64,000 nucleotides of DNA. It comes from Pedosphaera sp. (GTDB lineage Bacteria > Verrucomicrobiota > Verrucomicrobiia > Limisphaerales > SIBH01). The notes below the pieces were generated by a model that worked only from the letters and a program-made list of their open reading frames with translations, was not told the origin of the DNA and did no database searches. The first letter of the stretch is position 1. Each line of letters opens with the position of its first letter. The stretch covers positions 1-64,000 of the forward strand of contig JANOQV010000102.1 in NCBI GenBank assembly GCA_031414955.1. Reading direction: 5' to 3'. Both the position numbers and the translations under genes were made by a program. Of this stretch, positions 17,766 to 26,990 are shown one piece after another.

Positions 17766-19202
17766 TCAGTGGTTGTGGCGTGGCTCCTTGGATTCGTTTT
17801 GCTTCACTGGCGGCGCGACGGAATTCAGCGGAGGAACTTCCCTCGTCAGACTGCCGCCGACCGCGCTCTCAAGTTGGGCGCGGGCCATCCAGTAATCGCG
17901 CAACGCCTCGATGGACTCCCGCTCACCGAGTTGTTCGCGCTCCTTGGCCGCGAGCAGTTCGAGGTTCGACTTCTGCATCGCGTTGTATTGCAGCAGCGTC
18001 TCGCGCAGGATGCGCTGACGCTGCGGGAGTAGAACCTTTGCGTGATATTCAGCGGTATCGCGGGCGGCAATAAGCGTGTCGCGGGCCTCGCGCACTTCGC
18101 TGCGGATGTTCACAGCCAGCGCCTCGAAATTGCGCTGCGCCCGGCGATACTCCGCCGCGAGCTTGGCGACTTGGCCCTGTCCTTGGTCGAACAACGGCAC
18201 TTCCAGCGCGAGGGTCGGGCCGACCACCCACGAATGGTCGAGGTCGCTCTCGGCATCCACACCAATCGAAACGCCGGGGAGGTAGCGAAAATTCTTCTTT
18301 AACTTCAACGCGCTGGCCACGGCGAGCACTTCGCCCCGCGCCGCCGCCAAGTCCAAGCGGCGGCTGACCGCGATGGCCTCAAGGTTTTCCAGCGGCAGTT
18401 CTTTGTCAGGAAGCGACGGAAGTTCGTCGGCGATACGCCACGCCGTCTGCCTGCCCCACAGGCCGAGCAATCGGTTGAGCCGTTCGCGGTCGGAGCGCGT
18501 CTGCGCTCCGGCCTTGGCCAAGTCAAGCCGGGTCACGGCATAGACGGCCTGCTGATTGTGCAACTCAAGGTCGTTGATATTGCCCGCGTCGTGCTGGCGC
18601 TTGGCGATGTCAGCGGCGGCTTCGTTGACCTCGGCGATGATGGCGAGTCGTTGCGCGAACTGCTGGTGCGCCTGCATCGTGTAGAACGCGGCCTGCGCTT
18701 CCTCGCTCAACCTGAGCACTTCATGCGCGACGCGCAGCTTGGTGCCTTCCAGATTTCGTGCGGCGATTTTCTTTCGCGCCGGCAGCATGAGCAGGTCGAG
18801 AAAATCCTGCGCGAGCGCATACTCGGCGTTGAGGCCGGGAACTGCGTGCGTCGGCATCCGCCAAGCGCCCGCGAACTCCGGGTTCTTGAGCCGCGACGCC
18901 TGCGCCAGTTCCGCCTGCGAGACACCGATGGACTCGAACTCGGCTTGCAGCGTGCGGTTGTTGAGCAGCGCGATGCCGACGCAGGACTGCGCGGTAAGGT
19001 TCGTCTGCAACAGCGCCGCAACTGCTTTCTCGATTTCATCAAGCTCGGCGTCGTCGCGCATCCAGCGCACTTCTTGGCCCGTGCGGGCGGCGACGTGTCG
19101 GCCCACGTCATCGAACGCGGACTTCGGGTTCGTGCTGGTGCAGCCGACGAACGCCAGCGGGAGCGCGGCGACGAGCAGCATGGGTTTGAACAGGGTCATC
19201 AC
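17766..19202 (-). CDS. TolC-family outer-membrane lipoprotein
   Basis: Lipobox FVGC; outer-membrane efflux protein repeats (ALLNNRTLQA, LEVPLFDQGQ); directly upstream of the oxidase. Confidence 0.88.
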   Translation of the reverse strand: MMTLFKPMLLVAALPLAFVGCTSTNPKSAFDDVGRHVAARTGQEVRWMRDDAELDEIEKAVAALLQTNLTAQSCVGIALLNNRTLQAEFESIGVSQAELAQASRLKNPEFAGAWRMPTHAVPGLNAEYALAQDFLDLLMLPARKKIAARNLEGTKLRVAHEVLRLSEEAQAAFYTMQAHQQFAQRLAIIAEVNEAAADIAKRQHDAGNINDLELHNQQAVYAVTRLDLAKAGAQTRSDRERLNRLLGLWGRQTAWRIADELPSLPDKELPLENLEAIAVSRRLDLAAARGEVLAVASALKLKKNFRYLPGVSIGVDAESDLDHSWVVGPTLALEVPLFDQGQGQVAKLAAEYRRAQRNFEALAVNIRSEVREARDTLIAARDTAEYHAKVLLPQRQRILRETLLQYNAMQKSNLELLAAKEREQLGERESIEALRDYWMARAQLESAVGGSLTREVPPLNSVAPPVKQNESKEPRHNH

Positions 19203-19459
19203 TTCTTTTCCTCCGTTTTGGGTTTCGCTTCGCGCTGTTCATGCCCGTGCTGGTGTTCCGGCGCGGGTTCCGTGACGGGTTTCACCATCACCATGTTGGT
19301 CACGTTCATCAGCATCGGCACCGGCGGCGGGACGGTGCTTTGCGCGGCGTGCGCGTTGGCTGGATGAGAGTCCGACGAGTCCGGCGGAGTTGGAGTGCTG
19401 GCGCAACCGGCCACGGTGAGCGCGAGCAACGGAGCAAGGAGTTTGAGTTTGTGTTTCAT
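19199..19459 (-). CDS. Small His/Met-containing lipoprotein
   Basis: MKHKLKLLAPLLALTVAGC lipobox; HPAN motif; 4-nt overlap with the TolC start. Confidence 0.7.
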   Translation of the reverse strand: MKHKLKLLAPLLALTVAGCASTPTPPDSSDSHPANAHAAQSTVPPPVPMLMNVTNMVMVKPVTEPAPEHQHGHEQREAKPKTEEKK

Positions 19460-19673
19460 GGATTGGGCAACCGACCTCCGCCACGCGCCACAGCAACTCG
19501 GAGTCTGTCGAGTGAATGCAGTTCCCTCGCGAGCGCGGCGGTGACGATGGCGGACAAGATTTTCATGGACTAATTTTTCAACGACGGATGGACATAGTTT
19601 CCCGTGGCAAAGGGACACGGAACGAGTGGGAGAATTGATTCAAGAGCGCACGCGGGCGCTGGCTCGAATCAAC

Positions 19674-20132
19674 TTAGCTGAGGACGGGAGGGGCGTGACT
19701 GCGGTGCGCCGGGCCAAGACACACTTTGGGCGTGAAGACCCAATCGCGTGCTTTCGCTTGGCGGAAAATTGCGGCGGTCGGCTCCGCAGCCGTCACGTTG
19801 AGCAGGAGCGCGAGCGGGGCCAAAGTGTAGAGCAGATGAAGGTCAGGCTGAACCAGCGCGGCGGAACCGCTGCCCAACAACGCTGATTTCAGAGTGGAAC
19901 ACGCGGCGCTGGCGGAAGAGTCCTGATGAGCCGGGCCGGAAGAATCACCGTCGTCGTGATGGGCTTGCGTCGGAGCAGAGGCATGACACGAAGGTTGCTC
20001 CGAACTGCCATGACCGACGCCGAAATTGCAATGCGCGAAGCAGAGCACCTGTGCCGCGACCCAAACCAACAGCGCCCCCGCCGCGAAGGAGCGGAGCAGC
20101 GGACTGAAAATTGTCTGGCGCGAACGCATCAT
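19674..20132 (-). CDS. DUF2946-like leader protein with Cys/His motifs and C-terminal RSHAPP
   Basis: N-terminal hydrophobic segment, CFAHC, SCH, His/Asp-rich stretch, ends GPAHRSHAPPVLS*; first ORF of the copper operon. Confidence 0.65.
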   Translation of the reverse strand: MMRSRQTIFSPLLRSFAAGALLVWVAAQVLCFAHCNFGVGHGSSEQPSCHASAPTQAHHDDGDSSGPAHQDSSASAACSTLKSALLGSGSAALVQPDLHLLYTLAPLALLLNVTAAEPTAAIFRQAKARDWVFTPKVCLGPAHRSHAPPVLS

Positions 20133-20282
20133 GCTGACTTGTGCTGGCGGCGACCCTGCGCCGTCTGCTCTGGCTTGTCAATTTCACTGACGATTAACCG
20201 TAAGAATGAACGAGGCGCTCACACAATGGGGTCAACACCCCATCCCCGACGCCGACTGTCATACTGCACCACTGCCAGACTG

Positions 20283-20308
20283 CTACGCCGACGGCGGCGG
20301 AATCCCTC
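20283..20308 (-). promoter_or_regulatory. ECF-type promoter motif GAGGGATTCC-N8-CGGCGTAG, copy 1
   Basis: All 18 flanking bases are identical to 22237-22262 at the same spacing; overlaps the sigma stop codon and faces the copper operon. Confidence 0.7.
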
Positions 20309-20900
20309 AAACAAATTCCAAAAACTTTCCGAGGCTCGCTCGAAGCTGCTGCCGCGCCCGGTAAATGCGTGTCTCCACCGCCTTCGCCGTGCAGCCGAGG
20401 ATGCCGCCAATCTCCGCGTGCGAGTGTTCCTCGTATTCAGCGAGGATGAGCGGCGTGCGAAGTTCTTCCGGCAGCGCGGCCACGGCGCAACGCACGGCGG
20501 CGGCGCGTTCGTCCGCTTGCAGACCTTCGCTCGGTGTCAGGTCGTGAGCGGGCAGATGGTCGCGGAGACTTTGGCCGGTCTGTTCGTTTTCGGCATCCAG
20601 CGAAACCTGTGGATGACGCGAGCGCCAGCGGTAGCGGTCTTTGACCAGATTGGCGGCGATGGCGTAGAGCCACGTTGAAAACTTCTGCTGCCCATCGAAC
20701 TTGGCGCGGTTTTGATAGACACGCACGAAGGCTTCTTGCGCGAGGTCGGCGGCTTCGTCTTCGCTTTGCAGGCTGCGGATGAGGAAGTGAAACAGGCGCT
20801 CCCCGTGCCGTTCCATGAGGTCGTTCAACGCTGCGTCATGGCCCGCAACAAGACGCTGCATGTCGGCGGCGTCGAGTTCGTCAGGTGACGGTGCGTTCAT
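20307..20900 (-). CDS. ECF sigma-70 factor (CnrH-like position)
   Basis: AADLAQEAFVRVY, FSTWLYAIAAN and AVETRIYRARQQL sigma2/sigma4 motifs. Confidence 0.9.
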   Translation of the reverse strand: MNAPSPDELDAADMQRLVAGHDAALNDLMERHGERLFHFLIRSLQSEDEAADLAQEAFVRVYQNRAKFDGQQKFSTWLYAIAANLVKDRYRWRSRHPQVSLDAENEQTGQSLRDHLPAHDLTPSEGLQADERAAAVRCAVAALPEELRTPLILAEYEEHSHAEIGGILGCTAKAVETRIYRARQQLRASLGKFLEFV

Positions 20901-20918
20901 GCTGGATGTGAGGCGCGG

Positions 20919-21386
20919 TCAGTGGGCCGTCGCGCTCATGTCGCCGTGCGCGGGAGCAAACGTGCGCTCCGAAATCCAGTCGAGATAACGCCGTCCCTGC
21001 GCGGGCGGCATGGTGCGGCTGACCTCGAAGAAATGTTGCAGCATGTCGCGCTGACAGTCGGCCCGCAGCTTGGCGGACTCGGCGAACGCGGCTTCGATTT
21101 CCGGCGTCATCGTATTCGTGGCGCTCAGAAGTTTCTTGAGCCGCATCCCCTGTTCGTCGATGCGGCGGCACATCTCCTTGCAGTCCGGCTGGTAGGCGTC
21201 GTGGAGCTTGGTGATGCGTGTGAGTTCGGCGTCGCTCAGGTTGAATTCCTTTTGCAGCCACATGAGTTCCGGCGTCGCGCTGCTCACCACGGCCCGCTGC
21301 GAGGCCGTGCCCATGTAGTAGAAACCGCAGAACGCAGCCACGCAGACGAGCAGGCCCGCGCACAGGATGGCGATGGATTTCTTCAT
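20919..21386 (-). CDS. Periplasmic heavy-metal sensor (CnrX/Spy-CpxP-like)
   Basis: One N-terminal TM helix; helical domain with LHDAY..CKEMC and C..DMLQHFFEV..M candidate ligands. Confidence 0.75.
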   Translation of the reverse strand: MKKSIAILCAGLLVCVAAFCGFYYMGTASQRAVVSSATPELMWLQKEFNLSDAELTRITKLHDAYQPDCKEMCRRIDEQGMRLKKLLSATNTMTPEIEAAFAESAKLRADCQRDMLQHFFEVSRTMPPAQGRRYLDWISERTFAPAHGDMSATAH

Positions 21387-21736
21387 GGCGACAGGCGCGG
21401 TTTTTGATACGGGTCAACGGCCTGCACGTAGCGTGTGCCCCACTGCTCATGCGAGCGCGTGGTCTGGCTCCGCGCCTGCCAGTAACCGCTCGCCGTTCCC
21501 ACCGCGAACAGCACCGCCACGTAAGCGACGGCCACGGCGGGGCGCGGCAGCACCGACGCCAGCCACGCTTGGAACGCTGACCAAAGCGTGGTTGTCGTCG
21601 CTGGCGTTGCGCTCGACTCGGCCTGCTGGATTTTTCGCCACACGCCTTCTTGAAAGCGCGGCGGCAGCGGCTCGGTGACGCGCCACTCGTGCATCACTTT
21701 GCGGAGCGGCTCCGGGTGGTCAGATTTCGGTTCCAT
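21383..21736 (-). CDS. Putative membrane anti-sigma factor (CnrY-like position)
   Basis: 117 aa; LPPRFQEGVWRKI N-terminus; single TM; YVQAVDPY; coupled to the sensor gene. Confidence 0.65.
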   Translation of the reverse strand: MEPKSDHPEPLRKVMHEWRVTEPLPPRFQEGVWRKIQQAESSATPATTTTLWSAFQAWLASVLPRPAVAVAYVAVLFAVGTASGYWQARSQTTRSHEQWGTRYVQAVDPYQKPRLSP

Positions 21737-21811
21737 AAAATTCGTGACGCGGACGACGGTGTGGCCCGCCGCCCGCGTTGGGATAATCGGCCTCGTGGCC
21801 GGGGCTGTCAG

Positions 21812-22195
21812 TTACTTCTTCGCGCAACAGGGCATCGTGCAACCGGCCACGCAGACCATGCCTGACATGTCCTTGGCGATGAGCGGTGCGCCTTGAAACG
21901 ACGCGGTGCGTGGATACGGATTCTTCGCGCCCGCGCCGAGATAATTTCCGCTGATAAGGTTCGGCGTGACCGTGCCGCTCGGCACGACCTTGACGCGGTT
22001 GAACTCCGTCTTGGCCGCAGCGCCGAGGTAGTTTCCGCTGACAAGGTTCGGGCTGTTGTCCACGCCGGAGACGCGGTGAATTTGGTTGGCCTTGGCCTTC
22101 GGCGAGAGGAAAGGCTCGTCCGCCTTGGCCGTGGTGGTGAGGGTGAAACCGAGCGCGACTGCGCCCGCGAGCAGGAGGGTGTTTATCGTCTTCAT
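21812..22195 (-). CDS. Secreted 127-aa protein with an internal repeat and Cys-rich tail
   Basis: Signal peptide ending AKA; PNLVSGNYLGAAAK and PNLISGNYLGAGAK; ends MVCVAGCTMPCCAKK. Confidence 0.7.
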   Translation of the reverse strand: MKTINTLLLAGAVALGFTLTTTAKADEPFLSPKAKANQIHRVSGVDNSPNLVSGNYLGAAAKTEFNRVKVVPSGTVTPNLISGNYLGAGAKNPYPRTASFQGAPLIAKDMSGMVCVAGCTMPCCAKK

Positions 22196-22236
22196 ATTTT
22201 TGTTCGTTGTTACTTTGTTTGTCACAGCACTCCTTA

Positions 22237-22262
22237 CTACGCCGCTGCGGATGGAATCCCTC
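22237..22262 (-). promoter_or_regulatory. ECF-type promoter motif GAGGGATTCC-N8-CGGCGTAG, copy 2
   Basis: About 40 nt upstream of the ATG at 22195, heading the secreted protein/anti-sigma/sensor/sigma operon. Confidence 0.7.
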
Positions 22263-22401
22263 TGAGTTTTCTTGGAAGAGCGAAGAGCCTTGCTCGCAGG
22301 TGATGGAAGGAAAGCGAAGCCGACGCGGCGTGCTCCATTCGCGTGAGGGTGACAATGATTGCCGAGCAGCCCGGCAGCCGTGGAAACTTCCGTGCGCGTC
22401 G

Positions 22402-23607
22402 TCAAAGTGCGTCTCTGCGGCGGAAGCTGAACCAGTAGAACCAACCCGTGCCCAGTGCGCCGCAGACCGCCGCACCGATGAAGTTCGCTTGCGGGCTGAT
22501 ACTCCACAGCCACGCACCAAGAAACGAACCCGTCGTGACCACGCAGTCGCGGATGAGATAGTAAGCGCCGTAGGTGCGGGCACGCAGGTCTGGCGGGGCT
22601 TGGGCGATGATGAGCGCCTTGCGGGAGGGTTCGCCGAACTCCTTCAAGCCGCGCACGGCGAACGCGACGGCGAGCAAGATGAAGTTGTCGGCCCAAAGCA
22701 GCGACAGCGGGAACAGCGTGAAGAAGACGAAGGTCGCGAGCACGAACGGGCGCTGACCATATTTGTCGGCCAGATGCGCGACCGGGATGTAGCAGACCAT
22801 CGCGGTCACCATCTCGATGGACACGAGCCAGCCGAACTCCTTGGCGCTCACGCCGCCGTGGTTCATGGCCCACAGGATGACGAAGGCGTAAGGCAGTCGC
22901 TCACAGAAGCGGATGAGGATGTCGCTGACGAGCAACTCGCGCAGCGTCGGATTGAACGCCTTCACCACGCTGAGAAAGTTCACGCTTGGCTTCTGCGTGT
23001 CGGTCGCAGCCTCCTTCTGAGGCTCCGCCATGAACCACTGGAAGACCGCCGTGGCCGCGCTGAACACGATGCAGCCGAGCAGCGCGTAGCGCACGCCTTC
23101 CTCCCAACCGAAGCGCGTGATAAGCCAACCGCCGACGAGCGGGCCGACCATCATCGGCACCCGGCGCACCATCGACTGCACGCCAATACCCATCGTGTGC
23201 TGGCGCTTGTCCAGCGACGACGCCACGACGCTGAACGTCGCGGGCAATGACAACGCGCTCCACGCAAGGAAGAGGAACGCACCCACGACCAGCGCGAGCC
23301 AATGGTGCCAGACCAGCACGAGGACATAGCCCGCGAGCGTCAGCGCGTTGAACAGCAGCAGCGACCGGCGTTGGCCCCAGTGGTCAGTGAGCCAGCCGCC
23401 CGGATAGGCATAGACCGCGCCAAGAAAAGTTTGCAGCGCGTCGAACAGGCCGATGACCAGCACGCCCGCACCGAGGGTTTCGAGATACTTCGGTGCGAAG
23501 CCAAGCCACAGACGTTCACCGGTTCCGGCCAGCACGAGCGCCACGAGCAGCAGCAGGGTGTTGCGCCGCAGCGCGAGGAAGTCAGTGATGGTGCGCCGGT
23601 CATTCAT
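22402..23607 (-). CDS. MFS transporter
   Basis: About 12 hydrophobic segments; GGWLTDHWGQRR and HLADKYGQRP loop motifs. Confidence 0.9.
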   Translation of the reverse strand: MNDRRTITDFLALRRNTLLLLVALVLAGTGERLWLGFAPKYLETLGAGVLVIGLFDALQTFLGAVYAYPGGWLTDHWGQRRSLLLFNALTLAGYVLVLVWHHWLALVVGAFLFLAWSALSLPATFSVVASSLDKRQHTMGIGVQSMVRRVPMMVGPLVGGWLITRFGWEEGVRYALLGCIVFSAATAVFQWFMAEPQKEAATDTQKPSVNFLSVVKAFNPTLRELLVSDILIRFCERLPYAFVILWAMNHGGVSAKEFGWLVSIEMVTAMVCYIPVAHLADKYGQRPFVLATFVFFTLFPLSLLWADNFILLAVAFAVRGLKEFGEPSRKALIIAQAPPDLRARTYGAYYLIRDCVVTTGSFLGAWLWSISPQANFIGAAVCGALGTGWFYWFSFRRRDAL

Positions 23608-23623
23608 GGCGCTGAGAAGTTAG

Positions 23624-24118
23624 TCAGGCCCGCCTGCTGTGTGCATCAGGAATGCGAAGAGTTTCAGTCAGCAGTGCCCCCGCGTGAACCATCCCGGCCA
23701 ACCACTGCGCCGTGGCCACGATGAGATACCAGCGGTGCAGCGCGTAGAACTTCTCGTCGTCCATCACGCTTCGGGCCGTGGGGTCGAGCAGCGCATCGAG
23801 TTGCGGGTGCAACCAGAACAACACCGCCAGTGTCACGGCCAGCGCCGTCCATGATATTGCCGCCACACGGAACCAGCGCCGGGATTTCGCACGGCGCACG
23901 GCGACGACCTGCCATGCCAGCGCGACGAGAGTGATAGCACCGAGCACGTTGAGTTTGTTCGTCACTTGCTGCGTGATGAAGCCCTGCCGCACCTTGCTTC
24001 GCAGAACGTGGTGTCCGGTCGGCACAACCACCAGCGCGTAGAAGGTGAAGCCGCCCCACCACACGGCGAGCAGCAATAGGACGGACAGGAATCGTAGCCG
24101 GGCGAACACTGGCAACAT
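23624..24118 (-). CDS. Four-TM membrane protein (DUF4149-like)
   Basis: WWGGFTFYALVVVP, LHPQLD, FYALHRWY. Confidence 0.6.
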   Translation of the reverse strand: MLPVFARLRFLSVLLLLAVWWGGFTFYALVVVPTGHHVLRSKVRQGFITQQVTNKLNVLGAITLVALAWQVVAVRRAKSRRWFRVAAISWTALAVTLAVLFWLHPQLDALLDPTARSVMDDEKFYALHRWYLIVATAQWLAGMVHAGALLTETLRIPDAHSRRA

Positions 24119-24120
24119 CC

Positions 24121-25380
24121 TCAGAAATTCCAGACGAGGTAGAACTGCCCGGATGGGTTTGGCCCGCCGCGCTTTTCATCGACGAGGGTGCGGCTGATAG
24201 ATGCCTTGAGCGCCCAATGTTCGTTGAAGGTGTAGATGGCACCGAGCGTGGTCAGCCATTGATGGTTCTCGCGGTCGTCGATGGGCGTGTAGCCAAAAAT
24301 CTCCGTGCCGAGCGCGAAGTGGCTGTTGAAGTTGTAGAGCGTGCCGACGCCGTAGTAGCCCACGTCGCTCGCCTTCTTGTCGAAGGCCATCTGGTAGCCG
24401 ACTTCGCCCCAGTTGTAGAAACGCCCGATGTTCTTGCCGAATTGCAGCGGCAGTTGCGCCCGATACACGCCATCGCCCAAGCCACGGCTTTCATCTGACG
24501 TGGGGAAGAATGCTTTGGGCGCGATGCCAACAGCCGGAAACCAACTGTTGGTGTCCTGATTGATGAAGCGCCATTTGATTTTGAATTCGGTGTCGGCAAA
24601 ACCCGTCACGCTGGGGCCGGTGCGCGGTTCGAGGATGCGCCCGGCCAACGTGAGGTTCAGCCGCACTTGCGGGACGATGGCGTAATTCAAATCGAGGATG
24701 GGCGCGGCCCACACGTTGCCGCCCGAATTGTGCTCGGCTGCAAAGCCATACTTGATTTCCCAGCCCGGCGAGAACTCCGGGTCATCCGTGTAGAATGGGG
24801 AATCGGCGCGGGCGTGGAAGGCCAAGGTGGAGAGCGCCAGCATCCAGAAAACCTTCCTGAGTCCCGTCGCCTGCTTCGGGCGCATCCGCCAGTAAACGAC
24901 AAGGCCGGTGATAGTCATCACGATGAGCGCGACGCCCCACCCCACGCCCAGAATCATCCCGCCATCGCCGAGCGCCTCGCCGGAGTGAAGTTTGAGGATG
25001 AAAGAATCGTCGTCGTAGTCGTCTTCCTTGACCACGGCGGCGGTGTTGGCGTTGACGACGAACTTGCGGGCGGACTTCTCCTTCGTGCCGCCCATGTAGA
25101 AGGTGATGGTGGGTGCGTCGCCCTTGAGTTGCCATTGGATTTTGTCGAGCGGTTGGTCGGCTGTCTTGGCGGCAACCGTGGCTTGGGCCAGCGCCAGCTT
25201 CGCGCTCAACTCGGCGGCAGGCGTTTGCGCGGTCACTTTTGAAACCGTGTCGCGCAGCTTCTCGCGCAACGCTTCTTCCTCGCCAAAAAAGCGCACGCAT
25301 TCCAGCCAGATGCCGGTGAAGGCCGTGACGATGAAGAACACGGCGGCGACGAGTCCAATCCAACGATGCCATTTACGCAT
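24121..25380 (-). CDS. PepSY-associated TM protein fused to a putative outer-membrane beta-barrel
   Basis: RKWHRWIG and LKLHSG..TGLVVYW in the N-half; an internal signal-like segment; an amphipathic strand-rich C-half ending YLVWNF. Confidence 0.7.
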   Translation of the reverse strand: MRKWHRWIGLVAAVFFIVTAFTGIWLECVRFFGEEEALREKLRDTVSKVTAQTPAAELSAKLALAQATVAAKTADQPLDKIQWQLKGDAPTITFYMGGTKEKSARKFVVNANTAAVVKEDDYDDDSFILKLHSGEALGDGGMILGVGWGVALIVMTITGLVVYWRMRPKQATGLRKVFWMLALSTLAFHARADSPFYTDDPEFSPGWEIKYGFAAEHNSGGNVWAAPILDLNYAIVPQVRLNLTLAGRILEPRTGPSVTGFADTEFKIKWRFINQDTNSWFPAVGIAPKAFFPTSDESRGLGDGVYRAQLPLQFGKNIGRFYNWGEVGYQMAFDKKASDVGYYGVGTLYNFNSHFALGTEIFGYTPIDDRENHQWLTTLGAIYTFNEHWALKASISRTLVDEKRGGPNPSGQFYLVWNF

Positions 25381-25506
25381 GACGATTTCTCAGCGGTGCA
25401 AGGTTTTGCTTCAACCCCGCGTGTGCTTCGGCGCGACGTGCGCCGGTTGACCACGCTTGCGGGACGGAGAGCAGCCTGCGCGGGCGCGGCTGTCGCCAAC
25501 CTGACG

Positions 25507-25532
25507 CCCAGATAACAAACGTGTTATCTGGG
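25507..25532. promoter_or_regulatory. Perfect 11-bp inverted repeat, candidate CusR/CopR box
   Basis: CCCAGATAACA-AACG-TGTTATCTGGG; the core resembles TGACA-N4-TGTAA cop boxes; could alternatively be a terminator hairpin. Confidence 0.5.
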
Positions 25533-26990
25533 GGAGGCGGAGTCGGGAGGGAAGTGAAGGGTGAAATCACTGCCGCGCCCCACATCGCTTCGCACGGTGA
25601 CGGTGCCGCCGTGGAGCGACATGATGGATTTCACAATGGAGAGGCCGAGGCCAGAACTGCCGGACTGCTGTGACCGGGCCGGGTCGAGACGGTAGAAGCG
25701 GTCGAAAATTTTCGGAACGTGCCCGGCGGCGATGCCGGAGCCGGTGTCACTGACCGTGAGTTCAACGCTGCCGTCGCGCTGCGGGCTGGCGCAAAGGCGA
25801 ATCGTCCCGCCGCGTGGTGTGGCGTTGAGCGCGTTTGCCAGCAGATTGCTCACGGCCTGCCGGAGCAGCGTGGGGTCGGCTTCCACCATCGCCTCACCCT
25901 CGCAGGTGACTTGCACGCCACGGTCATCCGCGAGCGCCTCGTAGTATTCGCGCACGGCCTCGATGGCGGCACGAGCGTCGCATGTGGAGAGGGAGACGCT
26001 CGCCGCCGGGCTGTCCGCCCGCGCCAGAAAGAGCAGATTCTCGATGAGCCGGGACAGGCGGGCGTGTTCTTCGAGGCTCGATTCGAGCACGCGCCGGTAT
26101 TCTTCCGGCGAGCGGGTTTGCGAGAGGGCCACGCCCGCCTCGCCGCGCAGGTTGTTGATGGGCGTGCGTAGTTCATGCGCGAGGTCGCCGGAAAATTGCG
26201 ATAACCGTGCGAATGAATCTTCCAGCCGGTCGAGCATCCGGTCGAAACCCGTGGCGAGTGCAACAAGTTCCTTGGGCCAGCCGTCCGCCACGATGCGCTC
26301 GTGCAACTGGCTTGCGCTCACGCGCTCCGTGGCCTGCGCCATTTCCTCCAACGGCTGCAATCCCTTCCTCGCGATGAACACACCGGCGGCGCAGGAGAAC
26401 AACATTCCGACCACCACGAGGGCCAGCAGTCGGCGGCGAAAGCCCACCATCAACGCTTCATCATTCGTCGCATCCAGCGCAATCTCGATGAGGAACTGCT
26501 CGCTGCCAGCGGTGCCCACCTTGGCCCATGCCGACATCAGACGCAGTGACCTGCCGCCACTCAAATTCAATTCGATGCCTTCTTGTGGCAGGTCATCCGC
26601 GCTCGCGGGACGGGGGAACCTTGCGCCTGCCACGAGGTTGCTCATCCCCGGCGACTCGACGACCGGTTCGCGCTTCGAGTTGAGAACGCGCAAGTAGTAT
26701 TGCAAGGGTCGCGGACTTGCGCCTGACGATTGGGCTTCCTCCTTGAGCAGCACCGTCTCCTGCGGGCGCTCGCGCAGCAGAGTTCGCAGCACGCGAATTT
26801 TGTCGGCGAGGAAGGCGTTGTCCTCGCGGTCGAGATTTCCCACGAGCGACCAATACAGATACGCCGTGGCCAGCACGAGCATCAGAAAACTCGACGCCGC
26901 GTAGAGCACCGTCAGCCGCCGGGAAATCGACCAGTGGCGGGCGTGGCGGCGCGGGGAGCGCAGGTTATTCGGCACGTTCTTCGAGGACAT
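25524..26990 (-). CDS. Heavy-metal sensor histidine kinase (CusS/CzcS-like)
   Basis: Two TM helices, [33 protein letters not shown]. Confidence 0.92.
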   Translation of the reverse strand: MSSKNVPNNLRSPRRHARHWSISRRLTVLYAASSFLMLVLATAYLYWSLVGNLDREDNAFLADKIRVLRTLLRERPQETVLLKEEAQSSGASPRPLQYYLRVLNSKREPVVESPGMSNLVAGARFPRPASADDLPQEGIELNLSGGRSLRLMSAWAKVGTAGSEQFLIEIALDATNDEALMVGFRRRLLALVVVGMLFSCAAGVFIARKGLQPLEEMAQATERVSASQLHERIVADGWPKELVALATGFDRMLDRLEDSFARLSQFSGDLAHELRTPINNLRGEAGVALSQTRSPEEYRRVLESSLEEHARLSRLIENLLFLARADSPAASVSLSTCDARAAIEAVREYYEALADDRGVQVTCEGEAMVEADPTLLRQAVSNLLANALNATPRGGTIRLCASPQRDGSVELTVSDTGSGIAAGHVPKIFDRFYRLDPARSQQSGSSGLGLSIVKSIMSLHGGTVTVRSDVGRGSDFTLHFPPDSASPR

